NCBI GenBank assembly: GCA_030390025.1
Contig: CM059431.1
Coordinates: 115,632,001 to 115,696,000, forward strand
Length of the DNA: 64,000 nt
Source of the DNA: Squalus acanthias
Taxonomy: Eukaryota
Reading direction: 5' to 3'
The first letter of the stretch is position 1. Every line of letters begins with the position of its first letter. Position numbers and translations under genes: made by a program. The notes under the pieces were generated by a model that saw nothing but the letters and a program-made list of their open reading frames with translations, had not been told where the DNA came from and ran no database searches. Shown piece after piece: positions 1-13,700 of this stretch.

Positions 1-381
1 TAGAGGTCTTTAAAATTATGAAAGGTTTTGATAGAGTAGATACAGAGAGAGTGTTTCCACTTGTGGGGAAGAGCAAAACTAGAGGCCATCAATATAAGAT
101 AGTCACCAAGAAATCAAATAGGAAATTCAGAAGAAACTTCTTTACCCAGAGAGTGGTGAGAATGTGGAACTTGCTACCACAGGGAGTAGTTGAGGCAAAT
201 AGTATAGATGCATTTAAAGGAGGCTAGATAAGCATATGAGGGAGAAGGGAATAGAGGGTTATGCTGGTAGAGTTAGATGAGGAAAGACGGGAGGAGGCTC
301 GAGTGGAGCATAAACGCTGGCATGGACTGGTTGGGCCAAATGGCCTGTTTCTGTGCGTATATGCTATGTAATCCTATGTAA
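1..381 (+). mobile_element. CR1-clade LINE 3' end (ORF2 C-terminus and 3' UTR), cut by the window edge
   Basis: ORF 18..227 has CR1 C-terminal motifs (TRGH...RRNFFTQRVVRMWNLLP). The 3' UTR has GGGCCAAATGGCCT and a CTATGTAA-type tail. Confidence 0.9.
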
Positions 382-691
382 AATTATGAGTTGCAGGCTT
401 GCATTTTCCCAAGCTGCACTCTCTGGTAGCATAAAGAGGGGCAATGGAGGAAATAGCGAGTCCTCACGAACTCTGATTTTTCTTTGCACAAGTCAAGCAT
501 GCCTGATAATTTAGTAGCAACAAAAATTGCTCGTAAGTTATGGAATGCTTTATGTGCAAAAAATATTTCACTTCACTTGATAGAAGTGTGTTCTTTTCAT
601 ATCATAACTTGTGGACAGTTGATCAACTGTGGTCCTTCGTGTGTGTTGCACTTGCAGTAATTGAGGATGGGGTGAGAACAAGGATACAACA

Positions 692-789
692 GATTCTCTC
701 TCCACAGGTGCTGCCTGACCTGCTGAGTATTTCCAGCATTTTCTGTTGTTATTTCAGATTTCCAGCACCCACAGTATTTTGCTATTGTA
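692..789 (+). mobile_element. Penelope-like element (family A) 3'-terminal remnant
   Basis: TCTCTCTCCACAGGTGCTGCCTGACCTGCTGAGTATTTCCAGC... matches the tail following the hammerhead motif at 3760, 37210 and 57262. Confidence 0.7.
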
Positions 790-2870
790 TCCATATGGGA
801 TCATTGGGCCAGTTAGAGTGAGGAAAGATATGATAATGGAGAACATGGCGTTGAGAAGATAAAGTAAGAGCAGGAACAGCAACAGTGATAAAGACACGAG
901 ACAATGAAGAAGAGAATCTAAGTTGGACCTTGTTGAATGCTACGGGTCTGAAGACTCAAGATTGTTGTTTGAACCTATGAGTCTCAAAGTTATATTGGAG
1001 GAGGCAGATGGATAACATTAAGGTTATGAAATATAACAGAAAGAAAAGAAAATCAGAGTGCCTTGTCCATTAAAAACATTGGCATTGTGCTCTCAGTGGG
1101 CTAGGCCTCCAGCCATATGTTTCGACTGAAATCCGTGAAGGCCAGAATTTTTTTCTAGGAGTTCAAAACTGGCCCAGACTTTCCATCCTCTACTCTGCCA
1201 GCAATAGTTGAGAAAAAAAAAATATCTGCCGCAATAACTAATGGTTCCTGGCTGCATAACTATGTATTTAAATTACCACATTGCTGCCAGCTTGGAAACA
1301 ATGTTGAACTGGAGTGGAGTTGTTTGCTGAGAAGCCAGCTATTGCCCATCAGAGGAGTCCAGCGCATTCAGAAGTAATTGTGAAACGCAATTAAACTCAC
1401 TGTACTGATCTGAATGGCAAAATATGTGAGGTTTCAGCTTGAATGTGATAATTAATCACAAGGGGTTCTTCTTCTATATATTAGTAAAGAACAGTCTGTG
1501 ACTAACAAGTCTGTCCTTTTATACTAGGATTCTTTTCCATATGGATTCAGTACTTGTTATTGTAAATTAGAATTGGCTGCATTTCACAATTTACAGCATT
1601 CCCAGCATAAACAAACACGTTACATTCTCAGGTTTAGACTAACTTCCTGTGCTTTCCACTAAAGGTGGCAGCTGCCAGATTAATATCTTGAAACGACTGC
1701 CCTTTGGTGCTTTGTGACAGTTTACGATAGATGCATACTACCCTCGCTTTACAGGCCGCAATGGCCAAGTGCAGCCAGGTGTTAGCCAAGTAGCAGCTAA
1801 GTTGCATAAGCATTGTATTGTGCTCCCATTATTATGCTGTCCCGCTGAGACCACGACTCCAGTTGTGTTTTAAAAGAGATGGATAGACGTTTTATAAATT
1901 GAAAACAAAATTGCAGAATAAGACCAAGTTCCAGTCCATGTTGGCTGATTTTTCAAAAATGGAAAAGTGGTGGGCAAATCTGAATAGCTATTTCACTCGT
2001 TTGACAATAAAGCAATGTGAAAATCATTTTACACGCTGGCAGTTGCTACTAACTAATACTTTAAAAACCACCAAGATCTATGCTTTTTTTCAGTTTGGTG
2101 CTGGACTCAAGAGTCTTTCTTGATAAAGTTGAATGATGTCCTGGTCTATGCACTGGGTGTGTGCTGATGGGATCTGCAGACAGTCTAGTGCAGTAGTGTA
2201 TTGCAAATCCAAGGAGAGTATCAATGTTTGAATGCTTCCTATCCATTAGGAAGCAATGCGGGGTTCTTTCAACTACCCAGAAACCTGCTGATATCATGCT
2301 GTCTCAGTGACTACAGAAGCAACAGGGATTACAAGACATCAAACTGGAATCCTTTATCCTATCTTCTGTGTGGAAAAACAAGAAACCAGGTTCCCTTTGA
2401 AGTACTAATTGACTGTCTGTATCAATCAGCAGCTAAGCTCTTTCCTGCATGCATTTGGGTCTCCAGAGTAACTGAGCTGTGATCTCCCAATGCCCATCCA
2501 TTGCAACACATTCAACTACGTTACTATACAGTGCACCGATGTTTTCAATGCAGTCTTTTCAACTTTCTTGACTGCTTATATCTGCTATAAAGTATTGAAA
2601 TATATAAAAGGTTGAAGACTTTACTGATCTTGGTATTTTCTTGTTAAGAAATTAAATGCTGAAAAAACAGTTCCAATTACGTCATATCTAATTTTTTTTT
2701 CAAACTGCAGTAATGAAACTTGCTGGTTAATTATCACAATGTAGGCTTTTATTTGTTATGGCTTTATTTCAATATAGTCCCTTCTCGCTCTCCATTATTC
2801 CTCGGAATTCAGTTTTAGGTGGTTTTAAAGGGTCCTGTCAGGGTTAAGAATTCTTATTGACAAACACCGT

Positions 2871-3150
2871 CAACAACAACTTGCATTTATATAGCGCCTT
2901 TAACGTAGTAAAATGTCCCAAGGCGCTTCACAGGAGCGTTATCAAGCAAAATTTAACGCAGAGCTACATAAGGAGACATTAGGATAGATGACCAAAAGCT
3001 TGGTCAAAGAGGTCTGTTGTGTGTCTTAAAAGGGGAGAAAGAGGTAGTGAGGCGATGAGATTTAGGGAGGGAATTTCAGATCTTAGGGCCTAGGCAGCTG
3101 AAGGCACACCCGCCAATGGTGGCGCGATGGAAATCGGGGAGGCACACAGT
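2871..3150 (-). mobile_element. L2 LINE 3' fragment
   Basis: Reverse complement of the L2 end at 30160-30437, with (GTT)n tail and the TIGGCAFSCLGPK motif. Confidence 0.85.
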
Positions 3151-3544
3151 AACATGTTTAATATTGGAGATGCAGACAGGTAAATCGAGTCTGCTACAAT
3201 TCATAACCAAACTTATTTTGGACGAGCTGTGTTCCAGAATATTGGTGTAAATATGGAGTTCAGTACCACTTACCCCCATAATGATAGAATTTATACAAAA
3301 GCCACTGTTATACACTTACTTAAAGGCGCCATCTCTGTTCTTCAGTTTCTTTGTCTGCATAGTAGCTTGGGAATCTCCCAGGGACTTTAATTTTGGGTCC
3401 ATGAGGTTTCCCTCTGCTGATGTCAGACGTGGTATCCCGAGACAGCCCATTTCCTAACCAGTGAATTTTATCAGAGACAGGCTCAAACGTGCATTGGCAG
3501 CAACTAATTGGCAGACACAGTCAGGGGCCTTACCACGGCAGCTG

Positions 3545-3858
3545 TCTCTGATTCTGCCAGCATTTCACACCTTACCTTTTGTTTCTCAACCTGTCCCATT
3601 ACCATCTCGTCTTGCCTTGAGCATCTCTCAATGTCTCTACTTACCATAGACCATCCCTTTTGTTCTTTTATTCCTCCCCCCAGCCTCCCCCTTGCATTTT
3701 TATCTGTTTATTTCCTGCTCTTTCAGTTCCGACGAAGGGTTTCGACCTGAAACGTTAACTCTCTTTCTCTCTCTCCACGGATGTTGTCTGGCCTGCTGAG
3801 TTTTTCCAGCGTTTTCTGTTGTTATTTCGGATTTCCAGCATCCGCAGTATTTTGCTAT
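3545..3858 (+). mobile_element. Penelope-like element (family A) 3' UTR with a mutated hammerhead motif (3725-3760, core CCGACGA)
   Basis: Similar to the reverse complement of 21640-21930. AGTT-CCGACGA-...-GACCT-GAAA-CGTT-AACT is followed by the family A tail. Confidence 0.75.
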
Positions 3859-4294
3859 CGCCTTACTAATTGTGATGCTCTGCTGCTGGGCTACCTTCAT
3901 GGGGAATCCCCATTCAACATCAGTGGAGCACATCCACATGGAGTCTGATTGTCGAAATGAAAGACTGCTGTATTTGCAGGAGTGCCTTGACCTGAGGCTA
4001 ACTTATCTAAAACCTACTGCAGTAATTCCATACAGACAGGATAACTAATTTACTTGTAACGTACATATCCTTACACTAATCTTCCCCTTAATAGTAAATT
4101 CAGTCAGAGTAATGTCCCTTGTAAAATCACAATGGTCTTGATCTTATTATTCTAAAAAAAATGCTGCTATAGCAGTAACATGAAGTTTGCATGGGGTGTG
4201 TTTACTGTCTGCAGGGAAAGGTGGAGGGAGCGCAGATAGGGATCGCCCCATGCATAGTGTCACAGCTGTACCCAGATATCTGACATATATTAAA

Positions 4295-5099
4295 TGGTGC
4301 GAAATTCGGCTGCTTTGCGCCTGCCGTTAGCGCCTCCATGGGGCGCTAACAGGGTGCAAATGGGTTTTTGCCGCTGCGTGGCGATATTAGCGACCCGCGC
4401 TAAATTGGGCCGGGTTTTTGCGGAGGCGCTAAGAGTTAGCTCCCCGCTCCTGTAGGTACTGCCCCGCTGGGCCGTGCCTGGCGATGATGACGTCATCGCT
4501 GTGCGCAGTGTCCTGTTAGCGCCCCAGATGCAAAATTCGGCTGCGCACCCATTAACTACCGCCCGCCGCTAACAACGACGGCATCAGCTGTCGAGTTGCA
4601 GTCGGGAGTCAGCTCCGCGCACGCTATTTAAAGACGCCACCTTGGGGAAACTGTTTTGTCGGCCATAACCCTGCTGAGACATTGTCAGACAAGCTGCTGA
4701 ACATATCCAATTCCACATCGCTGAATCGAGTAGCCCTCTCCCTCTCCCTTGCAGCAGCCATGGCACAGAGCTGTCTCAGTCGCTGAGAGGTCGCACTCAA
4801 GAGCAGCAATGCTGATAATGAGCAGCTGCATCTTGAAATGACCTCCCCTTTAAGAGCTGAAATAAGCTGGAGTCAAGGCTTGAAGGCTGATTGCTGAACG
4901 CAAGTCAGCTGAAATTGGGCAGCGCTCTGGCAATAGCGCCCCTGCAGCGCGCCACTTAGACCATTGGTGCTTCATTTACCGCCCGCTTCACTCCTGAGGC
5001 GAAAAAGCCCAATTTTGCAACATTTTTCAATGGATTTCGCTGGGCACTAACTTTTCAAAAAGTTAAAAGTTAGCACCCCAAAATCCGAATTTCGTGCCC
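4295..5099. mobile_element. Harbinger-type MITE
   Basis: Imperfect TIRs TGGTGCGAAATTCGG / CCGAATTTCGTGCCC, repeated TAGCGCC/GGCGCTAA motifs, TGACGTCA at 4488. Confidence 0.7.
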
Positions 5100-6198
5100 A
5101 GAGACTTTGTATTGAGTCTTTGCCTGTCTCCTAACCCCACCTGGGGTTATTTGCTTCATACTTGAGACCAGATTCACTATGCTCTCCTCAAAAGAATCAG
5201 TGGGAACAGAGCCTCTCTGTTATTTAACTAAAAACTGATGCCTGATTAGACATGCTCATTAATCAAATTGCATTGTAACTGTAGCATGCTCACCATTTTT
5301 TAAACACGGTAATATTTCTGCAAAAGCATTCTTTGGGGAGTCATAATAATTAGCACAGAGCAAACCAATGCTTTTTTTTTTCAGATGACAGCCTTTTAAG
5401 TATTCTTATGGGAAGAGGGTGAATTATTTTCCCTTGTTTATAGGAAGAGACACATCTATCATTAAATCTCTGTATGGAGCTCAATAGACTTTTACCTTCT
5501 CTGTGGTGTTATCAGGCCTTTTCATCAGTAAATCAGTTAATTTACACCACTGCTGTCTCCCTGTCAGAAACAGAAGAAAGGAGTTGTAGTAACCTGAAAC
5601 TTAAACCTGCTCATTGCCAATGGAGAGCCAATTTGCCATACCAGTGTGCACTGAATGTAAAGACATTTTAATGGAAAACCACTGAAGGATACCACATTGC
5701 TTTAGACGGCAGCAGTAAACTATACTCTACAGGTAACATAAACACCATTTTCTTCCCTCTTGGTAATGCTGGTACCTGCTTCTTTCCTGTGTCTGGATAA
5801 GGTAATGTTTGGTTTAAATTATCTTTAACTGCCTCCTTTCAATACATTGTGTAGTTAAGTGCAACCTTTAATCCCCCAGTTGCAGTAACGTTTATGCACC
5901 ACCTCAAAATAAGTTTAACATTTTAGGTGATTTGAATTTAGTTTCCGACTGCTGGACCAGTACTATATAAAGCTACACATTTATTTCTCTAAGATCCTGA
6001 TTAAAATCAAAAGGTTGGTGAATTTTTAATGTTCATGAGCATATTCTGAGGATTTTAATCTGCAAGGCCGAGGTGCATCCTGGCTTAAGTGCCAGGATGC
6101 ATTTGCCTGAGATTTACGCTGCTGGCCCTGCCAAATTTTACTGCCCCCACCGAACCCCACCCCAGTAATATACTTTAATAGCCCCCTCACTTTATTAG

Positions 6199-6597
6199 GG
6201 GTACAGTAGCACCGTGGTTGTGTTACTGGTCTAGTAATCCAGAGGTTTGGACTAATGGCAGCCGAGGAATTTAAATTCAGTTAATTAAATAAATCTGGAT
6301 AAGAAGCTAGTAGGTGACTATGTAACTACTGGATTGTCGTAAAAACCCATCTGGTTCACTAATGTCCTTTAGGGAAGGAAATCTGCCGTCCTCACCCAGT
6401 CTGGCCTATATGTGACTCCAGACCCACAGCAATGTGGTTGACTCTTAACTGCCCTCTGAAATGGCCTAGCAAGCCACTCAGTTGTTTCAAGAAGGTGGAT
6501 CACCACCACCTTCTCAAGGGCAATTAGGGATGGGCAATAAATGCTGGGCTTTCCAGCAACGTCCGCATCCCATGAATGAATAAAAAAATAAATAAAT
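6199..6597 (+). mobile_element. Short non-autonomous retroelement: degenerate tRNA-like head, LINE 5' segment, LINE 3' tail, A-rich end
   Basis: 6366-6485 matches LINE 10760-10878 and 6486-6590 matches LINE 14397-14506. It sits in a decayed MITE ending AATTTCTGGCCC at 6844. Confidence 0.8.
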
Positions 6598-8189
6598 TAT
6601 TAATTTCCTTGAAATCTCTGGGGGTCAAGTCCATGATCCTTCATGATGGCGGTTGGGAATATGGTAACTCTTGGGTTTGGGAATCCCCTATCCCTGGTCT
6701 CTCACCCACTGCTCCCCACCCCCACCTCCAATACCACTGGCCTTGTAGGGCGAAGGCAGAGGCTCTGCCTCTTACAAGGCCCCATGGAATCCCATCATAA
6801 GGCCGGGACCTGCCATATTCAGGTCGTGACCTAATTTCTGGCCCTTATGACAATGTAAGGTTGCATTGCTTTTTGTCCCTAATATCTCTGCAGATACAAG
6901 GGGTTAGAAAGGGGTTGTATACTACAGTACATAGATGATACAATAGAAAAAGGATTACAAGAAACTCAGCTCTGCTTTCCCTTTGACGAATATTATTAAT
7001 TACCCTGATAAATTAGAACTGAACTACGCCATTTCTTGGATTCTGCTCACTGAAACTTACAAACTTATTATTGTACATATCCAGGTGTTAAACTCTGAAG
7101 TAACTATGAGTATCTTCCTCCACTCAAAAAGAGTTAGAAAACACAATCAAGCAATTAGGCTTTTCTTTTGCAACATACTCATGTCCTCTCAAGTATATTT
7201 TAATGCAGATTTACTCATTTTGTCTTTTTATTTAAAAAAACGGGCAACCTTCACCTCTCAAACAGATGTTGCCTGGCGCTAGAATGAACAAAAGCCTAGC
7301 AGGCATTCAGAGGCCACCTGGGTACCTGGACACTGTGCTCTGTTTCTACAACAGCTTTATCCCCATCAGACTGACTGCCGCCACCTGCCACTTCTCCAAA
7401 GCACGCAACTTACAATTAGGGCCGATTGACTGGCTGATGGGGGCTCAAGAGGTGGGGAGCTAGGATTACAGCGTGCACTGAATGCCAGCATGTAATTGGG
7501 TGCAACCTGAATCTCAGGGCTGCACAGGTGTTTGATCATAACCAAAAATAAAGCTTACAGCAAACAAAAAAAAAGGGAAAATGTTCTTTGCTGTTGCTGT
7601 TTGGATTTTCACACTAACCTACTTCACCCCCAGCCTTCCTAATAAGGGTTTAAGCTTTTCAGTTCTTTTTCTTTTATTGGTGCCTGTCAAGATTTAATCT
7701 GGACTTGATTGATTGTGAGAAACTCTTGAACAAAATGCCTGTTGAATTACATCATGCGTCACACTAACGCTTCCTCTAACCCTCTGAATTCTGTCCTTTC
7801 TACGCTGAGCCCCCCCGCATGCCTGAAGAGATTGCGTCATCACCAGTGAACAAAAGGGTGTGCTGCTATGGTTGATTTTAGCACACTGTGTCCATTTTGG
7901 CACAAGATGAAGACAGTCATCAAAATGGACCCTGAAATCCTCCAAAGCTGCGCGCTTCAGAAGGCACTGAAGTCAGTCGATTGGAGTATGCGGCAAACTT
8001 TGTTATTTTAAAACTCTTCATTGTTAAAAACCTTTTTATCTGACTTTTTATGAGCTGTAATTTAAAGGGACAATGTTCCCTGAATGGGCTCGGGTCCTTG
8101 AATATCGAGGGACTACCTCATCTGCTCTGAGAACTTCTATACAAAGAGGTTGGCAGTCACAACGTGTTATATAACTGGAAGCTGACAGT

Positions 8190-8560
8190 TTTATTTTTTT
8201 CCCTTTTCTCCTTATGAAGGCACACAGTTGCACGATGCTGGCAGCTCTCCAGTACCTTGTCAAAGTGACCATTCTTTGTGTAGGCCAAGGCATGAGTTTC
8301 AGCAGGCCACTGGGATGTGTCACAGCCAATCATACCCACACACATCTTTCCAGCAGGGGTCACTGGATAGCAATCAGGAGCAGGAACTCCGGGTGACTTT
8401 CTTTACCTTCCCTGGCCCTAGGGAGCTGAAGCCCATTATAGCGGCTCTGCCATTGCACTGGCTGATGATCAGCTATTGCAGCACATACTGGGGATCGAAC
8501 TCTGCAACCTTCCTAATCTGCATGGCTCCGAATCATAGAGGCTATGCGTTTACCCACTAG
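8190..8560 (-). mobile_element. Ancient tRNA-derived SINE-like repeat
   Basis: B-box-like GAGTTCGATCCC on the minus strand near 8490-8500. Diverged similar copies lie at ~22200-22400, ~30900-31030 and ~60790-61010. Confidence 0.5.
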
Positions 8561-8602
8561 TCCATGAGCAGTTGCATGAGTAAATGCACTGCAAGGTACT
8601 AA

Positions 8603-9292
8603 TGGAGAAAAATTGAGTCGCGGCCCCCTTGGGGCGCTAACTTCGCCGGGGCACTATTTAAAAAAATTAGCGCCCCCGCGGCCGAAATTGTGTGGTAGCA
8701 CTCCAAGAGGGAAGCGGGGCGCTTCTGGAAGCGCCCAGCCTCCCTCTTGGGGCGCTGCGAGGGAATATCGCGGCGCTACATGGCGAAGCGGTACTGCAGG
8801 CCTTCCTCCCCTTCTTAAAGGGGAGGTGCCTTGCGCAGCGCGACCCGGGGCCCAGCTGGGCCCCCGGGGATCGGTGTGCCGGCAAAAGAGCCCGGCACTC
8901 AAGAGAAGTGCCGGGCTCACAGAGCGCAGCTGGCAATCCGCGGGGGGTGCTGCAGAGGAGGCCGGGGACGGCAGAGGAGGCAGGTGCTGACAGGCGGCCA
9001 GCAACAAAAATGGCCGCCCGGCACCTCGCCTTTAATTAGCGTCACCCCGGCCGCAGGTAGGCCCCCGTGACCCCGTCGGAGTTAGTGTCCAGTGGTAAGT
9101 CAGGGGGCGCTACCGAAGATCGCGGCTGGGGCGCGAGCGGGGCGCTGGGCACCGCGATGATGTCATCGCCGGCAGCGCAGCGCCGCGGGGCGCTAACGGT
9201 TACCGTCGCCGCTAACCTCCCGCTGAATTTTGCGCCCAGGCACTAGTTGCTTTGCGCTAACGGGAGGTGCAAAGCAACCAAATCTTTCCCCC
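8603..9292. mobile_element. Harbinger-type MITE (CpG-rich)
   Basis: TAA on both flanks (8600-8602, 9293-9295). Ends TGGAGAAAAATTG / CAAATCTTTCCCCC. Same family as 16330-17036 in opposite orientation. Confidence 0.8.
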
Positions 9293-9347
9293 TAAGACGC
9301 TCAGTTTCTGTTGTTATTAAAACAGATAAAAACAACATATTTGGAGT

Positions 9348-9652
9348 AAGAAAGAAAGACTTACATTTTATTTAGAGCATTTCGTGGCCTCAGGACGTCC
9401 CAAAGTGCTTTACAGCCAATGAAATACTTTTGAAATGTAGTCACTGTTGTGATGTAGAACACACGGCAGCCAATTTACGCACAGCAAGCTCCCACAAACA
9501 GCAATGTGATAATGACCAGATAACTTGTTTTAGTGATGTTGGTTGTCGAAATAGTGCCATGGGATCTTTTACGTCCACCTAAGTGGGCAGACGGTTCAAC
9601 ATCTCATCCGAAAGACAACACCTCCAACATTACAGCACACACTCAGTACTGG
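9348..9652 (-). mobile_element. SacSINE1/Deu-domain SINE, truncated and internally deleted
   Basis: Minus strand has TCTTTCGGATGAGA...GTAAAAGATCCCATGGCACTATTTCG and an L2-like tail ending (TTTC)n. Confidence 0.8.
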
Positions 9653-10314
9653 AGCAATAGATATAATTGATGGGACGGTGATAATGTAGTCAATGAAGTA
9701 AGATGTCATTACCAGTCACAGCATTGTGCTCTCAATCTGTTTAGTAACCTGCTGAATACCTTGACAAAATAATCTGCCAGAAAAGAATGTCCCTTTAAGA
9801 ATATAAATGTGACTGCACTTTTTCATTGAAATACATAAAAATATAACAAATGTCTGATAATATAAAAAATGATATTGAATATATAAAAATAGTTGAATGG
9901 ATGAAACTGAACGGTTAATTCCAATTTCAATGAAAAAAACCAAGATAAATTCCTGCCAGGAGCGAATAGGATAGTATGGGTGAAACAGGAAAAATGGCAA
10001 AAAGGGACAATTTTAGACTGGTGGGCTGGAATTTTCTTTACCTGGGCGGGTCCGGTGTGGGCGGGGGCCATGTCGGGTCCAGAGCCCGTTGCCACCTCCA
10101 TCCCACTGTTGAAAATTAATTTACCTTAATGGGGTCTATTAAGCCCACCCAGCGCATTACCCGGCCCAATGAGATGGAGCAGGTCTGGTGACATCATTCA
10201 TGACGCGTTTTCAGACGGGATCTTTAAAGGGACCATGGCCACATTAGATTTGAATGTTAATCTAACATAGTGCTGTCAGTGCGCTACAGCATTGGAGTGC
10301 TGCAAACACTGACA

Positions 10315-10554
10315 ATGACTGCACAGAGGCAGAGGGCTGCACCCAGATTCTCCGATGACGCCCTCCATATGCTTATGGAGGGAGTCAGAGCATGCAGGGG
10401 GGTCCTCTTCCCTTCCGATGGACAGAAGAGACCTCCCCAGGAGACCAAGACAGCCTGGTTGCAGGTTGCAGAGGAGGTCACAAGCAGGGATGTGTTCAGG
10501 AGGACCTGGGTGCCGTGCCTCAAACGTTCCAATGATCTCATTAGATCAGGAAAC
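10315..10554 (+). pseudogene. Harbinger Myb/SANT-like (trihelix) protein exon 1 remnant
   Basis: MTAQRQRAAPRFSDDALHMLMEGV...LFPSDG...AWLQVAEEV...RRTWVPCLKRSNDL parallels 44092-44328. Later exons are deleted. Confidence 0.8.
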
Positions 10555-10759
10555 ATTAGTACAAAGCCACACTCACCTTTATCCTGCTGTGCCTGTCATC
10601 ACATCACCATCACTCTGCCTTCCCAAACCGACTCCTGCACATCCTTACTCACACCAACATACCTTGCATGTCCACCCATCCCTCTCTATCTACCTACATG
10701 ATCACAGCCCCATCTCACTAGCCACCCCTCACACTCACCCTCATCCTAGTGCAATCATA

Positions 10760-13700
10760 CCTTTAGGGTAGGAAATCTGCCATCCGTACCTGGTCTGGCC
10801 TATATGTGACTCCAGAGCCACAGCAATGTGGTTGACTCTTAACTGCCTCTGAAACAGCCTAGCAAGCCACTCAGTTGTACACAACTGCTGCAAAAAACAA
10901 TAATAAGAATAAAACCGGATGGACCAGCCGGCATCGACCTGGGCATCGGCTTTGGATACGACAAAGGCACACCCAGCCCAGTTGACCCTGCAAAGTCCTC
11001 CTCACTAACATCTGCTGACTTGTGCCAAAATTGGGAGAGCTGTCCCACAGACTAGTCAAGCAACAGCCTGACATAGTCATAGGGCTGGATTTTGATACTG
11101 GGGCAGGTTGGGGTCGTGTCATCCACCCGACTGCAATTGGATGTGGGAGATTGATGCAATTTTCACCTAATTGGGCAATTGAGTTCCAGCATGTGGGAAC
11201 CCATGAACCAATTAGTGTTTTCAGTCTGAAAGTCGCCTCTGATGATGTCATCATTGCTGCTGCATTGAAGGTCTTCAGAGACTGCCTGGCCTTTGCTGTG
11301 AGAGGACCTGGATGCAAAATGAGCAGCAGCAGTCCTAAGTCTGCTCCCAGATATTTTTACACCACCATTCCTAGATATGTCTCCTCTCCATCCATCCATA
11401 TATACACCCATCCACACAGCTATCCATATATGCATCCCCATAGCCAGCCAGCCAGCCAGCCAGCCAAATGTGCTCCTGCCGTTTCACATTCGTGGTTCAG
11501 AACTGGCGTGCTTCACGTAGAAAAAGGGTTAAAATCACAAAGGCCTTTCAAAATGGTATTATACAGGCAATTTAGTGCTTGTTAAAGGCCTTAACAGCCT
11601 ATCCAGCCTCTAAGAGGCGGGAACATCGGGACCATCAGACACGATTTAATGAAAATTGCGCCAGTTTTCACAATTTTAACCCCCCACACGTCTCCAAACC
11701 CACCTCCATGGGTCAATGAAAATCCAACCCATACGCACAGAAACATATCTTTCAACCCATATCCCTGATTCTTCCATCACCACCCCTGAGTATATCCTGT
11801 TCCACCGGCAGGACAGACCCACCAGAGGTGGTGACACAGTGATATACAGTCGGGAGGGAGTGGCCCTGGGAGTCCTCAACATTGACTCCGGACCCCATGA
11901 ATTCTCATGGCTTCAGGTCAAGCATAGGCAAGGAAACCTCCTACTGATTACCACCAACCATGTTCCCTCAGCTGATGAATCAATACTCCTCCATATTGAA
12001 CACCACTTGGAAGAAGCACTGAGAGAAGCAAGGGCACAGAATGTACTCTGGGTGGGGGACTTCAATGTCCATGACCAAGAGTGGCTCGGTAGCACCACTA
12101 CTGACTGAGCTGGCCGAGTCTCGAAGGACATAGCTGCCAGACTGGGCCAGTGACAGGTGGTGAGAGAACCAACACGAAGGAACAACCTACTTGACCTCAT
12201 TCTCACCAATCTACCTGTCGCTGATGCATCTGTCCATGACAGCATTGGTAGCAGTGACCACCGCACAGTCCTTGTGGAGACAAAAATCCCGTCTTCAGAC
12301 TGAGGACACCCTCCATCATGTTGTGTGGCACTACCACCATGCTAAATGGGATAGATTCAGAACAGATCTAGAAGCTCAAAACTGGGCATCCATGAGGCGC
12401 TGTGGGCCATCAGCAGCAGCAGAATTGTATTCCACCACAATCTGTGACCTCATGGCCCGGCATATCCCTCACTCTACCATTACCATCAAGCCAGTGGACC
12501 AACCCTGGTTCAATGAGGAGAGCAGAAGAGCATGCCAGAAGCAGCACCAGGCGTACCTACAAATGAGGTGCCAATCTGGAGAAGCTGCAACACAGGACTA
12601 CATGTATGCTAAACAACGGAAGCAGCATGCTATGGACAGAGCTAAGCGATCCCACAATCAATGGATCAGATCAAAGCTCTGCAGTCCTGTCACATCCAGT
12701 CGTAAATGGTGGTGGACAATTAAACAACTAACAGGAGGAGGAGGCTCCAAGAATATCCCCATCCTTAATGATGATGGAGTGCAAAAGATAGGGCTGAAGC
12801 GTTTGCAACCATCTTCAGCCAGAAGTGCCGAGTGGATGATCCATATCAGCCTCCTCCTGAGGTCCCCACCATCACAGAAGCCAGTCTTCAGCCAATTTGA
12901 TTCACTCCATGTGATATCAAGAAATGGCTGAGCGCACTGGATACAGCAAAGGGTGTGGGCCCTGACAACATCCCGGCTGTCGTGCTGAAAACTTGTGCTC
13001 CAGAACTAGCCGTGCCTCTAGCCAAGCTGTTCCAGTACAGCTACAACACTGGTATCTACCCAACAATGTGGAAAACTGCCCAGGTATGTCCTGTCCACAA
13101 AAAGCAGGACAAATCCAATCTGACCAATTACCACCCCATCAGCCTACATTCAATCATCAGCAAATTGATGGAAGGTGTCATCGACAGTGCTATCAAGCAG
13201 CACTTACTCACCAATTACCTGCTCAATGATGCCCAGTTTGGATTCCGCCAGGACCACTTGGCTCCAGACCTCATTACAGCCTTGGTCCAAATATGGACAA
13301 AAGAGCTGAATTCCAGAGGTGAGGTGAGAGTGACTACCCTTGACATCAAGGCAGCATTTGACCGAGTGTGGCATCAAGGAGCCCTAGTAAAACTGAAGTC
13401 AATGGGAATCAGGGGGAAAACTCTCTACTGGCTGGAGTCATACCTAGCACAAAGGAAGATGGTTGTAGTTGTAGGAGGTCAATCATCTCAGCCCCAGGCC
13501 ATCGCTGCAGGAGTTCCTCAGGGCAGTGCCCTAGGCCCAACCATCTTCAGCTGCTTCTTCAATAACCTTCCCTCCATCATAAGTCAGAAATGGGGATGTT
13601 TGCTGATGATTGCACAGTGTTCAGTGCCATTCGCAACTCCTCAGATAATGAAGCAGTCCGTGCCCGCATGCAGCAAGACCTGGATGACATTCAGGCTTGG

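Noticed and set aside
3725..3760. Active hammerhead
   Set aside because: The core reads CCGACGA instead of CUGANGA and stem II is altered, so it is probably inactive. Kept only as part of the PLE remnant.
8613..9070. Overlapping GC-rich ORFs or a CpG-island gene promoter (also 16404-17067 and 36100-36611)
   Set aside because: All lie inside TIR-bounded MITEs, are open in several frames because of GC content, and show no protein motifs.
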